The notes under the pieces are model-generated. The model saw only the letters and a program-made list of their open reading frames with translations. It had not been told where the DNA came from and ran no database searches. This document shows positions 41,010 through 51,641 of a stretch of 64,000 bases of DNA, in pieces; the stretch's first letter is position 1, and each line of letters opens with the position of its first letter. Origin of the DNA: Methyloceanibacter sp. (GTDB taxonomy: Bacteria; Pseudomonadota; Alphaproteobacteria; Rhizobiales; Methyloligellaceae); assembly GCA_036257375.1 (NCBI GenBank), contig DATAFR010000160.1, positions 22,063-86,062 of the forward strand. Direction: 5' to 3'. The position numbers and the translations under genes were made by a program.

Positions 41010-42938
41010 ATGCTAGAAATGCGGTGGGGCAGGCGAAGCCCCGCCAAATTCCGGGGAAAATCGGGGAGCCGCTTGAAAGATCAGCTTTTTAGGGACTCGA
41101 GCGCCATCACGCGGAGCGCTGATGAGCTTCAGGTCGATTATTCGACCTGGGAGATCGTCAAGCGCATCTGGCGTGAGCACTTGCGGCCGCACTTCGGGCT
41201 CCTGCTGCTCGCTTCCTTCGCCATGCTGCTCACCGCCGCCACGACGGGCGCCATCCCCTTCCTCATCCAAAAGACCGCCGACGACGTCTTCGTCGGCAAG
41301 AGCGCGCAGATGGTCTACTGGATCACCGCCGCGATCGTGGTGGTGACCGTAGTCAAGGCGATCGCCGAGTATGTCGCCGATGTCACGGTGAACTATCTCG
41401 GCAATCGGTTCATCGCCGATCTGCGCATCCAGATGTTCGCCAAGCTCGCCCGCGCCGATCTGAGCTGGATCCAGACGGTGCATTCAGGGCGGCTGCTCGC
41501 AAGCTTCCTCAACGACGCCACCCTGATCAGGGCCACGGCCAGCCGCTCGATGGTCACCCTCGGCGAGAACTATCTCAAGGTCGTCATCCTGATCGGCACC
41601 ATGTTCTACATGGACCCGCGCTTCTCCATGCTGGTCCTCATCTTCATGCCGGTGGCTTGGTTCGTGCTGTCGCGCCAGCGGCGCAAGATGCGGAAATCGA
41701 CGACCAAGTCGCTCCAGGAGACCGGCGACCTTTCCTCTCTCATCACCCAGACCCTGCGCGGCATGCGGATCGTGCGCGCCTACCGGCAAGAGGACCGCGA
41801 GGAAGCGCGCGCGAAAGCGACCGTCAATCGCGCGCTCGAGTTCATCATGCGCGGCACCCGGGCGCGTGCGCTGTCGAGCCCCTCGATCGAGCTTTTGACA
41901 GGTCTCGGCTTCGCGCTCGCCATCTATTTTGCCGGTACCAAGGGCGTGCGCGGCGACCTCACGCTCGGCCATTTCATGGGCTTCATGACCGCGGCGCTTC
42001 TGATCTACACGCCGCTCAAGAGCGCGGCGACCTTGCAGACGCAGCTGCAAGAGGGCGTCGCCGCGGCGAGCCGGGTTTTCGGCGTGATCGACCGCCCCGT
42101 TACGCTGCTCGAGGCGCCCGACGCGAAGCCACTCGAACTGGACAAGGGCGAGATCGAGTTCCGTAACGTCTCCTTCGCCTACGAGCCCGAAAACAGCGTG
42201 CTGAAAAGCGTGAGCCTCACCGTGCCGCCGGGGCGCACGGTGGCGCTGGTCGGGCCGTCAGGATCGGGCAAGAGCACGCTGGTCAATCTCACGCTTCGAT
42301 TCTTCGATCCCGAGCGCGGCCAAGTGCGGATCGACGATCAGGACATCAAGCATGTCACCATCGCGAGCCTCCGCGATGCGATCGCGCTCGTGACGCAGGA
42401 CCCGGTGCTGTTCGACGACACAATCCGCGCCAATATCGCCTACGGCGCGAAACCCGTTGACGAGGCGCAAGTGATCGCGGCCGCCAAGGCCGCCGCCGCG
42501 CATGATTTCATCGTCGGGTTGCCGAAGGGCTACGACACGCGCGTCGGCGAGGCCGGCGGTCTGCTCTCGGGCGGCGAGCGGCAGCGCATCGCCATCGCGC
42601 GGGCCATCTACAAGGATGCGCCGATCCTTTTGCTCGACGAGCCGACCAGCTCGCTCGACTCGGAAGCGGAAGCAAAGGTGCAGACCGCGCTCGAACAATT
42701 GATGCGCGGGCGCACCGTGCTGATGATCGCGCACCGCTTGTCGACGGTGAAGAAGGCCGATCTCATCTGCGTGCTCGATCAGGGTCGCATCGTCGAGACC
42801 GGCAAGCATGACGAGCTCGTCGCCAAGGGCGGCCTTTACACGAGATTGCATCGCACTCAGTTCGGCATTGCCGGAGGCTATGCGGCGGCCTCGCCGGGAG
42901 AGGCGAACCAAGAGGCCATCGCGGTGGCCGGCAAGTAG
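41010..42938 (+). CDS. msbA: MsbA-like lipid ABC exporter
   Basis: TM domain plus GPSGSGKST, LSGGERQR, LLDEPTSSLD, IAHRLST. Precedes waaA-lpxK. Start may be somewhat downstream. Confidence 0.8.
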   Translation: MLEMRWGRRSPAKFRGKSGSRLKDQLFRDSSAITRSADELQVDYSTWEIVKRIWREHLRPHFGLLLLASFAMLLTAATTGAIPFLIQKTADDVFVGKSAQMVYWITAAIVVVTVVKAIAEYVADVTVNYLGNRFIADLRIQMFAKLARADLSWIQTVHSGRLLASFLNDATLIRATASRSMVTLGENYLKVVILIGTMFYMDPRFSMLVLIFMPVAWFVLSRQRRKMRKSTTKSLQETGDLSSLITQTLRGMRIVRAYRQEDREEARAKATVNRALEFIMRGTRARALSSPSIELLTGLGFALAIYFAGTKGVRGDLTLGHFMGFMTAALLIYTPLKSAATLQTQLQEGVAAASRVFGVIDRPVTLLEAPDAKPLELDKGEIEFRNVSFAYEPENSVLKSVSLTVPPGRTVALVGPSGSGKSTLVNLTLRFFDPERGQVRIDDQDIKHVTIASLRDAIALVTQDPVLFDDTIRANIAYGAKPVDEAQVIAAAKAAAAHDFIVGLPKGYDTRVGEAGGLLSGGERQRIAIARAIYKDAPILLLDEPTSSLDSEAEAKVQTALEQLMRGRTVLMIAHRLSTVKKADLICVLDQGRIVETGKHDELVAKGGLYTRLHRTQFGIAGGYAAASPGEANQEAIAVAGK

Positions 42939-42952
42939 CAGCATCAGATCTT

Positions 42953-44962
42953 ATGTTGAAGCGGCTGCTAGCATCGAAGCCCGCCGTGGCCGTGATCGGC
43001 GCGCTCGCCGCCGCCTATATCAAGCTCGTCTACGCCACGAGCCGCATCAAGCGCGAGCCCAGGGATACCGACGCCAAGCTGTTCGACCAGCATCCGCAGA
43101 TCCTCGCCATGTGGCACGGGCAGTTCGTGCTTCTGCCCAAGCTCAAGCCCAAGCGCCCGGCAGATGTGCGCGCGATGGTCTCGCGCCACGGCGACGCCGC
43201 GATAATCGGCGCCGTGCTCGAACGCTTCGGCATGAGCCTGATCAGAGGCGCTGGCGCCGGCAAGCGGAAGCGCAATCGCGGTGGCGCCACGGCCTTGCGC
43301 GAGTCGCTGCGCGCATTGGCGAGCGGCGCTACCGTGGCCATGACCGCCGACGTGCCACCGGGCCCCGCTCGCCGCGCCGGAGAGGGCATCGCCACGCTTG
43401 CCTCTCTCTCGGGGCGCCCCGTGGTGCCGTTCGCCATCGCCACCAGCCGCTTCGTCACCACGCCGACCTGGAGCCGTTTCACCGTCAATCTCCCCTTCTC
43501 CGATCTCGCCATTGTCATCGGCGATCCGGTCTTCGTGCCGCAAACCAATGACGCTGAAGTGATCGAGAAGGGCCGCATCAAGATCGAGAGCGCTCTCGCC
43601 GAAGTCACCGCGCGCGCTTATGCTCTGGCGGGAGCTAGCGATCCTTTGACCAAGCAGGAGGCCACCAAGCCTGGGCTGTCGCTCAAGGCCTATCGGGTGC
43701 TGACGCGCCTTGCGGCGTTGCTTGCGCCCCTGATCCTCGATTGGCGCACGCGGCGCGGCAAGGAGGAGCCGGAGCACAGGCCAGAGCGCTACGGGTTTGC
43801 TAGCGCGCCGCGCCCGCAGGGCTTCCTCGCCTGGTTCCACGCGGCAAGCGTGGGCGAGACCAATGCCGCCCTGCCGGTGATCGAGGCCATTGCCGCCGAG
43901 CGGCCCGAGGTGCGCATGCTGCTCACCACCGCCACCGTGACCTCGGCGCGGCTGGCGCGCGCGCGGCTGCCCAAGGGCGTATTGCACCAATATATCCCGC
44001 TCGACAATCAGGCGTTCATGCAGCGCTTCCTGGACCATTGGCGCCCCGACCTCGCCATACTGGTCGAATCGGAGATCTGGCCCAATCTCGTGCTTGAGAC
44101 CAAGGTGCGAGACATTCCACTCGTGCTGATCAATGGGCGCATGTCGGGCTCATCGTTCAAGCGCTGGCGGAGACGCCCAGGGCTCAGCCGTCCGATCTTC
44201 GCATCCTTCGATCTCGTGCTGGCGCAGAACGACGGGCTGGCCGAGCGCTTCGCACAGCTTGGCGCATCGCGCGCGCTCGATGTCGGCAATCTCAAAGCGG
44301 ACGCGCCGCCGCCGCCCGCCGATCTGCCGGGGCGGCGCAAGCTCGCCGCCGCGCTTGCGGGCCGAACCGTGTGGCTCGCCGCGAGCACCCATCCTGGAGA
44401 GGATGACGTCGTCGCCGCCGCGCACGGCATGATCCGCGCCGCGCGGCCCGACCTGCTCACCATTATCGTGCCGCGCCATCCCGAGCGCGGGCCGCTGATC
44501 GCCGATCAGCTCAGGGGCGCCAATCTCGGCGTGGCGCTCCGCTCGGAAGGCAAGCTGCCCGAGGCCTCGACCGACATCTATGTGGCCGACACGATCGGCG
44601 AGCTCGGCCTGTTCTATGCGCTGTCGCCCGTTGCCTTTGTCGGCGGGTCGCTTGCGGTGCGCGGCGGGCAGAACCCCGTCGAAGCGATCAAGCTCGGCGC
44701 GGCGGTGCTGACCGGTCCGAATTTCCACAATTTCCGCGACTCCTATGGCGAGTTGCTGCGCTCGGGCGGCTGCAAGGAAGTGAGCGACGCCACGAGCCTC
44801 GCGCAAGCCGCGCTGCATTTGCTTGCGGATGTGAATGCGCGCCGGACCATGACCGAGCGGGCGAGCCGCGTGATCGCGGCCATGAGCGGGGCTTTGCCAA
44901 AAACGCTCGCCGAGCTCGAAGCGTACCTCCCGCCAAGGACGACACTGCAACATGCCTCTTGA
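42953..44962 (+). CDS. waaA: Fusion of DUF374 (LpxJ-like acyltransferase) and 3-deoxy-D-manno-octulosonate transferase
   Basis: N-terminal ~230 aa: LAMWHGQF, MVSRHGDA, TADVPPGP. C-terminal: WFHAASVGE, VESEIWPN, LAASTHPGE, VPRHPER, DTIGEL, GGSL...GGQNP.E. Single 669-aa frame. Confidence 0.88.
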   Translation: MLKRLLASKPAVAVIGALAAAYIKLVYATSRIKREPRDTDAKLFDQHPQILAMWHGQFVLLPKLKPKRPADVRAMVSRHGDAAIIGAVLERFGMSLIRGAGAGKRKRNRGGATALRESLRALASGATVAMTADVPPGPARRAGEGIATLASLSGRPVVPFAIATSRFVTTPTWSRFTVNLPFSDLAIVIGDPVFVPQTNDAEVIEKGRIKIESALAEVTARAYALAGASDPLTKQEATKPGLSLKAYRVLTRLAALLAPLILDWRTRRGKEEPEHRPERYGFASAPRPQGFLAWFHAASVGETNAALPVIEAIAAERPEVRMLLTTATVTSARLARARLPKGVLHQYIPLDNQAFMQRFLDHWRPDLAILVESEIWPNLVLETKVRDIPLVLINGRMSGSSFKRWRRRPGLSRPIFASFDLVLAQNDGLAERFAQLGASRALDVGNLKADAPPPPADLPGRRKLAAALAGRTVWLAASTHPGEDDVVAAAHGMIRAARPDLLTIIVPRHPERGPLIADQLRGANLGVALRSEGKLPEASTDIYVADTIGELGLFYALSPVAFVGGSLAVRGGQNPVEAIKLGAAVLTGPNFHNFRDSYGELLRSGGCKEVSDATSLAQAALHLLADVNARRTMTERASRVIAAMSGALPKTLAELEAYLPPRTTLQHAS

Positions 44963-45986
44963 GGCGCCGTTCTGGTGGTATCGCAGGAAGGGAGCGATCG
45001 CTTCCGCGCTCGCGCCCTTGGGCCGGCTTTATGGCCGCATCGCCGAGAAGCGCTTCGCCGAAGGCAAGCCCAACCGCTCTCGGGTTCCGGTCATCTGCGT
45101 CGGCAATTTCACCGCCGGCGGTGGCGGCAAGACGCCGACCGCTATCGCTATCGCTGCGCTGCTCAAGGAGCTGGGCCAACGGCCGGCCTTCCTCACCCGC
45201 GGCTATGGCGGGACAGGCGAGGGACCGGTCTTCGTCAGGAAAGGTCAAAGCTCTGCCGAAGTGGGCGATGAGCCGCTGCTGCTTGCGGAGATCGCACCGA
45301 CTTGCGTCTCGGCGGATCGCGTGGCGGGGGCCAAGGCCATCGAGGGAACGGACGCGAGCGTCATCGTGATGGATGACGGGTTCCAGAACCCAAGCCTTGC
45401 CAAGGACCTGTCTCTGGTCGTCGTGGACGGCGACGCCGGGATCGGCAACGGGCTCATCATCCCGGCAGGGCCGTTGCGTGCCCCGCTCGATGCGCAGATC
45501 GCGCGCACCTCCGCGCTGATCGTGATCGGCGACAGCGAGAAATCGTATCGCGTGATCGAGGCCTGCGAGGCAAAGTCCAAGCCCGTGCTGAAGGCGCGCA
45601 TGGTGCCGCGCCAGGACCGGCGCTGGCTCTCTGTCCTGCCCGTGATCGGCTTCGCCGGGATCGCGCGTCCGTCCAAGTTCTTCGCCACGTTGCGCAACGA
45701 GGGCGCGCGGCTGATCGACACGCGCTCTCATCCCGACCATTACCGCTATAGCGAGCGGCAGGCGCGCAGCCTCTTGAAGGAGGCGAAGGACTACAACGCC
45801 ATGCTTGTCACCACCGAGAAGGATTACGTGCGGCTCGAAGGGGAGCCGGACTCAGCGGTGACGGAGCTTAAGCACCGCGCCCGACCTTTCCTCGTCGCGG
45901 TCGAGTTCGCCGACAAAGATGCTGTGAAGACGCTGCTGGCGGCTGTTATTCAGAGCCCGCGGGATGGGTCTCGCGGAAGCGCTTGA
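44952..45986 (+). CDS. lpxK: Tetraacyldisaccharide 4'-kinase
   Basis: VICVGNFTAGGGGKTP, LTRGYGG, GDEPLLL, MDDGFQN, PAGPLR, TTEKD. Confidence 0.95.
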   Translation: MPLEAPFWWYRRKGAIASALAPLGRLYGRIAEKRFAEGKPNRSRVPVICVGNFTAGGGGKTPTAIAIAALLKELGQRPAFLTRGYGGTGEGPVFVRKGQSSAEVGDEPLLLAEIAPTCVSADRVAGAKAIEGTDASVIVMDDGFQNPSLAKDLSLVVVDGDAGIGNGLIIPAGPLRAPLDAQIARTSALIVIGDSEKSYRVIEACEAKSKPVLKARMVPRQDRRWLSVLPVIGFAGIARPSKFFATLRNEGARLIDTRSHPDHYRYSERQARSLLKEAKDYNAMLVTTEKDYVRLEGEPDSAVTELKHRARPFLVAVEFADKDAVKTLLAAVIQSPRDGSRGSA

Positions 45987-46179
45987 GCGAGGCTGTGGCG
46001 TCGATATAGGCCTCTTGCAGCTCTACGCTCCAATAGCGGAGCTCCTCGAGCGGGATGGTGCGGCCGGTGACCGCGCAGCGCACGAAATCGCCGGGCGACA
46101 ACACCTGCACCTCGCCGTCGAGATATTTGAGCTTGGCTTCGCCTTTGAAAGCGATGCTGCGTTCGAAACGATTCATCAA
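45946..46179 (-). CDS. DUF2093 family protein
   Basis: MNRFE...EA.LKYLDG..QV..PG.FVRCAVTG..IPLEELRYWSV..QEAY. Confidence 0.85.
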   Translation of the reverse strand: MMNRFERSIAFKGEAKLKYLDGEVQVLSPGDFVRCAVTGRTIPLEELRYWSVELQEAYIDATASLKRFRETHPAGSE

Positions 46180-46296
46180 AATTGAGTGGCTCTTTTCACC
46201 GAGTCGTTCGTCACCATAACCTCAAGCCGGCGCTAAGCGCCAGCCCGCTCTCGCTTTTTTCAGCACGATCTTAGCGAAAGCGCGTCAAGTGTGGCG

Positions 46297-47730
46297 CTAG
46301 AGCAAGGAGCCCTGCTTGTCGTCGCCGCGCGGACGCTTCGCTTTCGCGTCAGGCTCGGGCTTCCGCTCGGCGCCATCGGCATGCGCCTCTACATGGCCAT
46401 CGGCGAACTCGATGTCCAGAGCCGCACCCGGCTTGACCTCGCTCGCGCGGCGCAGCATCGCTCCGTCCTCGCCGCGCACGAGGGCGAAGCCGCGCGCAAG
46501 CACATTGTGATAGCCGAGCGTACCGAGCAACTTCGCTTGCCCTTCGAGCTTCGCGCGCGAGCGGTCGAGCAGCGTGGCAAGCGAGCGCGAGCGCGAGCGG
46601 TCGAGCCGGATCAGCCGATCGCGGCTGGCGCCCGCGGCGCGCGCCACAATATGCGGTCTAAGCCGTCCAGACGCACGCTCGAGCCAATTGCGATGCACGC
46701 GCGCATTGGCGATCAGCGCGCGCTTCAGCCGGGCGCTCGCATGATCGAAGCGTTGGCGCGGCAGATCGAGAATATTGGCCTTGCGGGGAAGCCCGCGTGC
46801 AAGCCCGGCGAATCTGTGACGCTCGCTACCGATCCTACGCCGCAGCGATGTCGCGACACGCAAGCCATGCTGCGTCACGGCGATGAGAAGATCGGTGCGC
46901 ACCGGCACGGCGCGCTCGGCAGCGGCAGTCGGCGTCGGCGCGCGAAAATCGGCGACATAGTCGATGATGGTCCAGTCGGTCTCGTGGCCGACGGCGGAGA
47001 TCAGCGGGATCGCGCTCGCGGCGACCGCGCGGGCCACGGCTTCGTCGTTGAAGCCCCACAAATCTTCGAGGCTGCCGCCGCCGCGCGCGACGATGATGAG
47101 GTCTGGCCGCGGAACTGGTCCAGCACCGACAAGCCCGTTGAAGCCTAAGATCGCGGCGGTCACCTCGAGCGCACAGGTCTCGCCCTGCACGCGCACGGGC
47201 CAGACCAGCACATGGCAGGGAAAGCGGTCGTAGAGTCGATGCAGAATGTCGCGAATGACCGCCCCGGTGGGCGAGGTGATCACCCCGATGATGCGCGGCA
47301 GGAAGGGCAGCGCCTTCTTGCGCGCTTCCTCGAACAGGCCTTCGGCGGCGAGCCGCTTCTTGCGTTCTTCAAGCTGCGCGAGCAGTGCGCCGACGCCTGC
47401 GGGCTCGAGGTCGTCGATGACGATCTGATATTTGGAGCGGTCGGGATAGGTGGTGACGCGGCCCTTCGCCACGACCTCGAGCCCCTCGTCGGGCTTGAAT
47501 TTGAGCCGATTGAAGGTGCTGCGCCAGATGACCGCCTCGATGCAGGCGCCCTCGTCCTTCAGCGTAAAATAGCAATGGCCGGAAGAGTGCCGCCCTCTGA
47601 AGCCGGAAATCTCCCCACGCAGCTTCACCAGCCCGTAAGCATCCTCCACCGTCCGCTTGAGCGCGAAGGCGAGCTCCGAGACGGTATATTCGACGAGATT
47701 CGTCGGTTGTGAGGCAGTGCGATCAGCCAT
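46297..47730 (-). CDS. xseA: Exodeoxyribonuclease VII large subunit
   Basis: EYTVSEL, GEIS...[52 protein letters not shown]. Confidence 0.97.
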   Translation of the reverse strand: MADRTASQPTNLVEYTVSELAFALKRTVEDAYGLVKLRGEISGFRGRHSSGHCYFTLKDEGACIEAVIWRSTFNRLKFKPDEGLEVVAKGRVTTYPDRSKYQIVIDDLEPAGVGALLAQLEERKKRLAAEGLFEEARKKALPFLPRIIGVITSPTGAVIRDILHRLYDRFPCHVLVWPVRVQGETCALEVTAAILGFNGLVGAGPVPRPDLIIVARGGGSLEDLWGFNDEAVARAVAASAIPLISAVGHETDWTIIDYVADFRAPTPTAAAERAVPVRTDLLIAVTQHGLRVATSLRRRIGSERHRFAGLARGLPRKANILDLPRQRFDHASARLKRALIANARVHRNWLERASGRLRPHIVARAAGASRDRLIRLDRSRSRSLATLLDRSRAKLEGQAKLLGTLGYHNVLARGFALVRGEDGAMLRRASEVKPGAALDIEFADGHVEAHADGAERKPEPDAKAKRPRGDDKQGSLL

Positions 47731-47795
47731 TGGCGTCCATCGGGCTCATGCAATACAAGCTCGGCATGCGCGCCACAAGCCGGGGCTTCTGCTAG

Positions 47796-49076
47796 ATGAA
47801 CGTGCTTTTGATCGGGGGCGGAGGCCGCGAGCACGCGCTCGCCTGGAAGCTCAAGCAAAGCCCCCTGCTCGATCGGCTTTATTGCGCGCCTGGCAATGCC
47901 GGGATCGCGGAGATCGCCGACTGCGTTGCGCTCGACGTTGCGGACCACGCGGCGGTCATCAGCTTCTGCAAGGACAATGACATCGCTCTCGTGGTGATCG
48001 GCCCCGAAGCGCCGCTCGTCGCGGGGCTCGCCGACGATCTTGCGGCAGCCGGCATCAAAGCGTTCGGACCGTCGCGTGACGCCGCCCAGCTTGAGGGCTC
48101 AAAAGGCTTCACCAAGGACCTTGCCGCCGAATACGGGATTCCCACCGCAGCCTATCGCCGCTTCGCCGATGCTGACGCTGCCAAGGCTTACGTCGCCGCC
48201 CAGCGTCTGCCCCTTGTCGTCAAGGCCGACGGGCTCGCCGCCGGCAAGGGCGTGGTGATTGCCGAGACGCGCAAGGCGGCGAATGCGGCCATCGAGGATT
48301 GCTTCGGCGGCGCGTTCGGCGCGGCGGGCGCGGAGCTCGTGATCGAGGAATTTCTCGACGGCGAGGAAGCAAGCTTCTTCGCACTGGTCGACGGTGAGAC
48401 CGCGCTCCCGCTCGCCACGGCGCAGGACCACAAGCGCGCCTTCGACGGCGATCGCGGTCCCAACACGGGCGGCATGGGCGCCTATTCGCCGGCGCCGATC
48501 ATGACGCCCGCTTTATGCATGCAGGTGGTGGATAAAATCATCAGGCCGACTGTGCGCGCGATGAATGCGCGCGGCACGCCGTTCAAAGGCGTGCTCTATG
48601 CCGGGCTGATGATCAAGAACGGTGGGGCGAAGCTGATCGAATACAATGTCCGCTTCGGCGATCCTGAGGCGCAAGTGCTGATGCTGCGACTCGAGTCGGA
48701 TCTCCTGCCTGCCCTTCTCGCCGTCGCCGAGGGGCGGCTCGAAGGCGTCACGCCCGATTGGCATGACGATGCCGCTCTCTGCGTGGTGATGGCATCGAAG
48801 GGTTATCCCGGGTCCTACGCGAAGGGTTCCGAGATCAAAGGCCTCCATGCCGCGGGGACCGATCCGAATGTGCAGGTCTTCCATGCCGGCACCAAGCGCG
48901 ACGGCGCGCGCATCCTCGCCGACGGCGGCCGTGTGCTCGGCGTCACCGCGCGCGGCCGCGACATCGGCGAAGCGCGAAGACGCGCTTATGCGGCGGTCGA
49001 CAGGATCGATTGGGCTGGCGGCTTCTGCCGCCGCGATATCGGCTGGCGTGCCGTGCCTCATGACGTGGGGCACTAA
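47796..49076 (+). CDS. purD: Phosphoribosylamine--glycine ligase
   Basis: [61 protein letters not shown]. Confidence 0.98.
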   Translation: MNVLLIGGGGREHALAWKLKQSPLLDRLYCAPGNAGIAEIADCVALDVADHAAVISFCKDNDIALVVIGPEAPLVAGLADDLAAAGIKAFGPSRDAAQLEGSKGFTKDLAAEYGIPTAAYRRFADADAAKAYVAAQRLPLVVKADGLAAGKGVVIAETRKAANAAIEDCFGGAFGAAGAELVIEEFLDGEEASFFALVDGETALPLATAQDHKRAFDGDRGPNTGGMGAYSPAPIMTPALCMQVVDKIIRPTVRAMNARGTPFKGVLYAGLMIKNGGAKLIEYNVRFGDPEAQVLMLRLESDLLPALLAVAEGRLEGVTPDWHDDAALCVVMASKGYPGSYAKGSEIKGLHAAGTDPNVQVFHAGTKRDGARILADGGRVLGVTARGRDIGEARRRAYAAVDRIDWAGGFCRRDIGWRAVPHDVGH

Positions 49077-49207
49077 GGCGGAATTTACTTAAAATGTTGT
49101 CTGCGCCTAATCGACCTGTAAGTATTATCTTTCTCTCTTCTTTTATATTACTTGGTATTTATTGATATTCTCAATTCTTTGGTAGTCCGAGGCATCGGAG
49201 ATTCGCA

Positions 49208-49429
49208 ATGAGAGTTTTGTTGCTTAGTCTGCGCGTGCTTTTTCTCTCGACTCAGTTTTCTTTTGCCGGCCAAAGCGCCGGGCAACGTTGGGAGCAAGCT
49301 CTCCTCACTGCCAAGAGAAACGGCACGTTGCCCGGGCCGCGCCCCGGGCAGAAATGCCTGTGGTCCAAGCCTTTGGGCGCCTGTCTTTGGTACACGCCGT
49401 CCAAGTGGAATTTGATGCTGACCGAGTAG
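49208..49429 (+). CDS. Small hypothetical secreted protein (73 aa)
   Basis: GGAG RBS. Signal-like MRVLLLSLRVLFLSTQFSFA, mature part with C-x8-C (CLWSKPLGAC). AT-rich upstream region. Confidence 0.45.
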   Translation: MRVLLLSLRVLFLSTQFSFAGQSAGQRWEQALLTAKRNGTLPGPRPGQKCLWSKPLGACLWYTPSKWNLMLTE

Positions 49430-49908
49430 CGCCAAAGCCGGAGCGGCATTTCGGCCAAGCAACCATCTGCACCATTCCGGCGTAAGCCGGTATGCATAAC
49501 TTTTCGCGTGACCGCCGCAACGCACTCCATTCCTCCCCCGCAGGGCAAGAAGTCGTCCTCGTTCAATCCCCGCTCGCCGAGCGCCGAGAGGCGCCCGCGT
49601 GCCGCAAGGCACGAGCCATAGGTTTTGCGCTTTTCGGCGCGCCATCCCCTCGTGATCCGGGCGGAAATGCGCGTCGCGGCAGGGAGCTCGCATGTCTACA
49701 ACCCGAGTGAGGCAGCCGTGTCACATAACGGAATGTCCATGCGCCCCCCCTTCCCCCCGCCGCAAACGCGCCAATATTCAAGGACAGCGTGTCGCAAGTC
49801 GGCAACCAACAAGCAGGAGTAAGGGTTGTTGGCACGCTCCCTGCTTCGCCCTACCCGGCGATTTCGGCCAATTCGGCCGTTTTCACCCTCTGACCCGAGG
49901 AGTTCATA

Positions 49909-51240
49909 TTGGTTCGGAAATTCCGGTACGCGCTTCTGGGGCTCCTCGTACTTGGCACGTTGGGCGTGGGCGCAACGATGGTCGTGCTCGCCGAGAGCGC
50001 GCCGTCAGAGGGCAATGCTCAGCTTTACAAAGACCTCAATCTGTTCGGCGCGGTGCTCGCGCGCGTGCGCTCCGAATATGTGGAGAAGCCCGACGACAAC
50101 AAGCTGATCGAAGATGCCATCAACGGCATGCTGATGGCGCTCGATCCGCATTCGACCTACATGAACGCCAAGGAATTCCGCGAGATGCAAGTGCAGACGC
50201 GCGGAGAATTCGGCGGGCTCGGCATCGAGGTGACGATGGAGAACGGCGCGATCAAGGTGGTCGCTCCGATCGAGGATACGCCCGCGGCAAAAGCGGGATT
50301 GCTGTCCGGCGATCTCATCGTCGCGCTGGACAAAGAGCCGATCGAGGGGCTCACGCTCGATCAGGCGGTCGAGAAGATGCGCGGACCGATCAACGCGCCG
50401 ATCACGCTGACCATTCAGCGCAAGGGCGTCGACAACGCGTTCGACGTGACCATGACGCGCGACGTGATCCGCATCAAGCCGGTGAAGTTCGAGGCCGACG
50501 GCGACGTCGGCTATGTGCACATCACGAGCTTCAACGAGCAAACCACATCTGAGCTGGAAAGGGCCATTGCCGAGCTGAAGCGGACCATCGGCCCCAAGCT
50601 CAAGGGCTACGTCATCGACTTGCGCAACGATCCCGGCGGCTTGCTCGATCAAGCCATCTCGGTGTCCGACGCTTTTCTCGATAAGGGCGCCATCGTGCTC
50701 ACCAAGGGACGCAACCCGGAAGAGACGCAGCGCGCCAATGCGAGACCCGGCGACATCACCGACGGCAAGCCGATCGTGGTCCTGATCAACGGCGGCTCGG
50801 CTTCGGCGTCGGAGATCGTGGCCGGCGCGCTGCAAGATCACCATAGAGCGACGCTGGTGGGCACCCGCTCTTTCGGCAAGGGCTCGGTGCAAACCATCAT
50901 CCCGCTCGGCGGCGGTGGTGCGCTGAGGCTCACCACAGCGCGCTATTACACCCCGTCGGGGAAGTCGATCCAAGCCCTAGGCATCACGCCCGAGGTCAAG
51001 GTCGAGGAAGAGCTGCCCAAAGACGCCAACAAATCGATCGGCAGCTCGGTCGGCGAAGCGAGCCTGCGCGGTCATCTCAAGAATGAGGGCGAGTCGAGTG
51101 ACGATTCCGAAGAAGCCGGAAGCTCCTCCTACGTTCCCGACGACAAGGCCAAGGACACGCAGCTGAACTATGCGCTCGAGCTGCTTCGCGGCACGAAGAC
51201 GCTCGCCAAGAGCCTGGATAAGAAGGCTGAGACCAACTAG
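49909..51240 (+). CDS. S41 family carboxyl-terminal processing protease (CtpA-like)
   Basis: LDPHSTY, GEFGGLGIEV, PDZ domain, DLRNDPGGLL, GSASASEIV.GALQD, FGKGSVQ, TTARYYTPSG. Confidence 0.95.
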   Translation: MVRKFRYALLGLLVLGTLGVGATMVVLAESAPSEGNAQLYKDLNLFGAVLARVRSEYVEKPDDNKLIEDAINGMLMALDPHSTYMNAKEFREMQVQTRGEFGGLGIEVTMENGAIKVVAPIEDTPAAKAGLLSGDLIVALDKEPIEGLTLDQAVEKMRGPINAPITLTIQRKGVDNAFDVTMTRDVIRIKPVKFEADGDVGYVHITSFNEQTTSELERAIAELKRTIGPKLKGYVIDLRNDPGGLLDQAISVSDAFLDKGAIVLTKGRNPEETQRANARPGDITDGKPIVVLINGGSASASEIVAGALQDHHRATLVGTRSFGKGSVQTIIPLGGGGALRLTTARYYTPSGKSIQALGITPEVKVEEELPKDANKSIGSSVGEASLRGHLKNEGESSDDSEEAGSSSYVPDDKAKDTQLNYALELLRGTKTLAKSLDKKAETN

Positions 51241-51255
51241 GAACGGGGGATTCGG

Positions 51256-51624
51256 ATGCCGCCTGCCAAGAGTCTCGTCGCGATGCTCCCAGCAATGGGA
51301 GCGGCGGCGTTCGGGTTGTTTCTCATCGCGGAGATCGAGCCGGCGCACGCCGTGCCAGGCTTTCCGATGAGCTCCGCGGTAGATCAAGCCTCTCACGTCA
51401 CGCAAGTGCGCATCTACCGGCGCGGCCGCACGCCCATCTATCCTTACTATTACAATCCCGGACGGCCCGGCGGTTACAGCTTCTATTTCGGCTTCGTCCC
51501 GTACGCCCCTGGCAATGTCGAGAACCAGGCGATTCAGAGGGGACAATATCCACAGGATATCCAATGGCCCCCGGGTCTCTATGGCGGGCCGCGTCCGGGC
51601 TGGGGACCCAAATACTGGGATTGA
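51256..51624 (+). CDS. Hypothetical secreted Tyr/Pro/Gly-rich protein
   Basis: Signal-like N-terminus ending PAHA. Low-complexity mature part. Starts 15 nt after the ctpA stop, preceded by GGGGGA. Confidence 0.6.
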   Translation: MPPAKSLVAMLPAMGAAAFGLFLIAEIEPAHAVPGFPMSSAVDQASHVTQVRIYRRGRTPIYPYYYNPGRPGGYSFYFGFVPYAPGNVENQAIQRGQYPQDIQWPPGLYGGPRPGWGPKYWD

Positions 51625-51641
51625 TGCGAGGCGCGCGTGTC

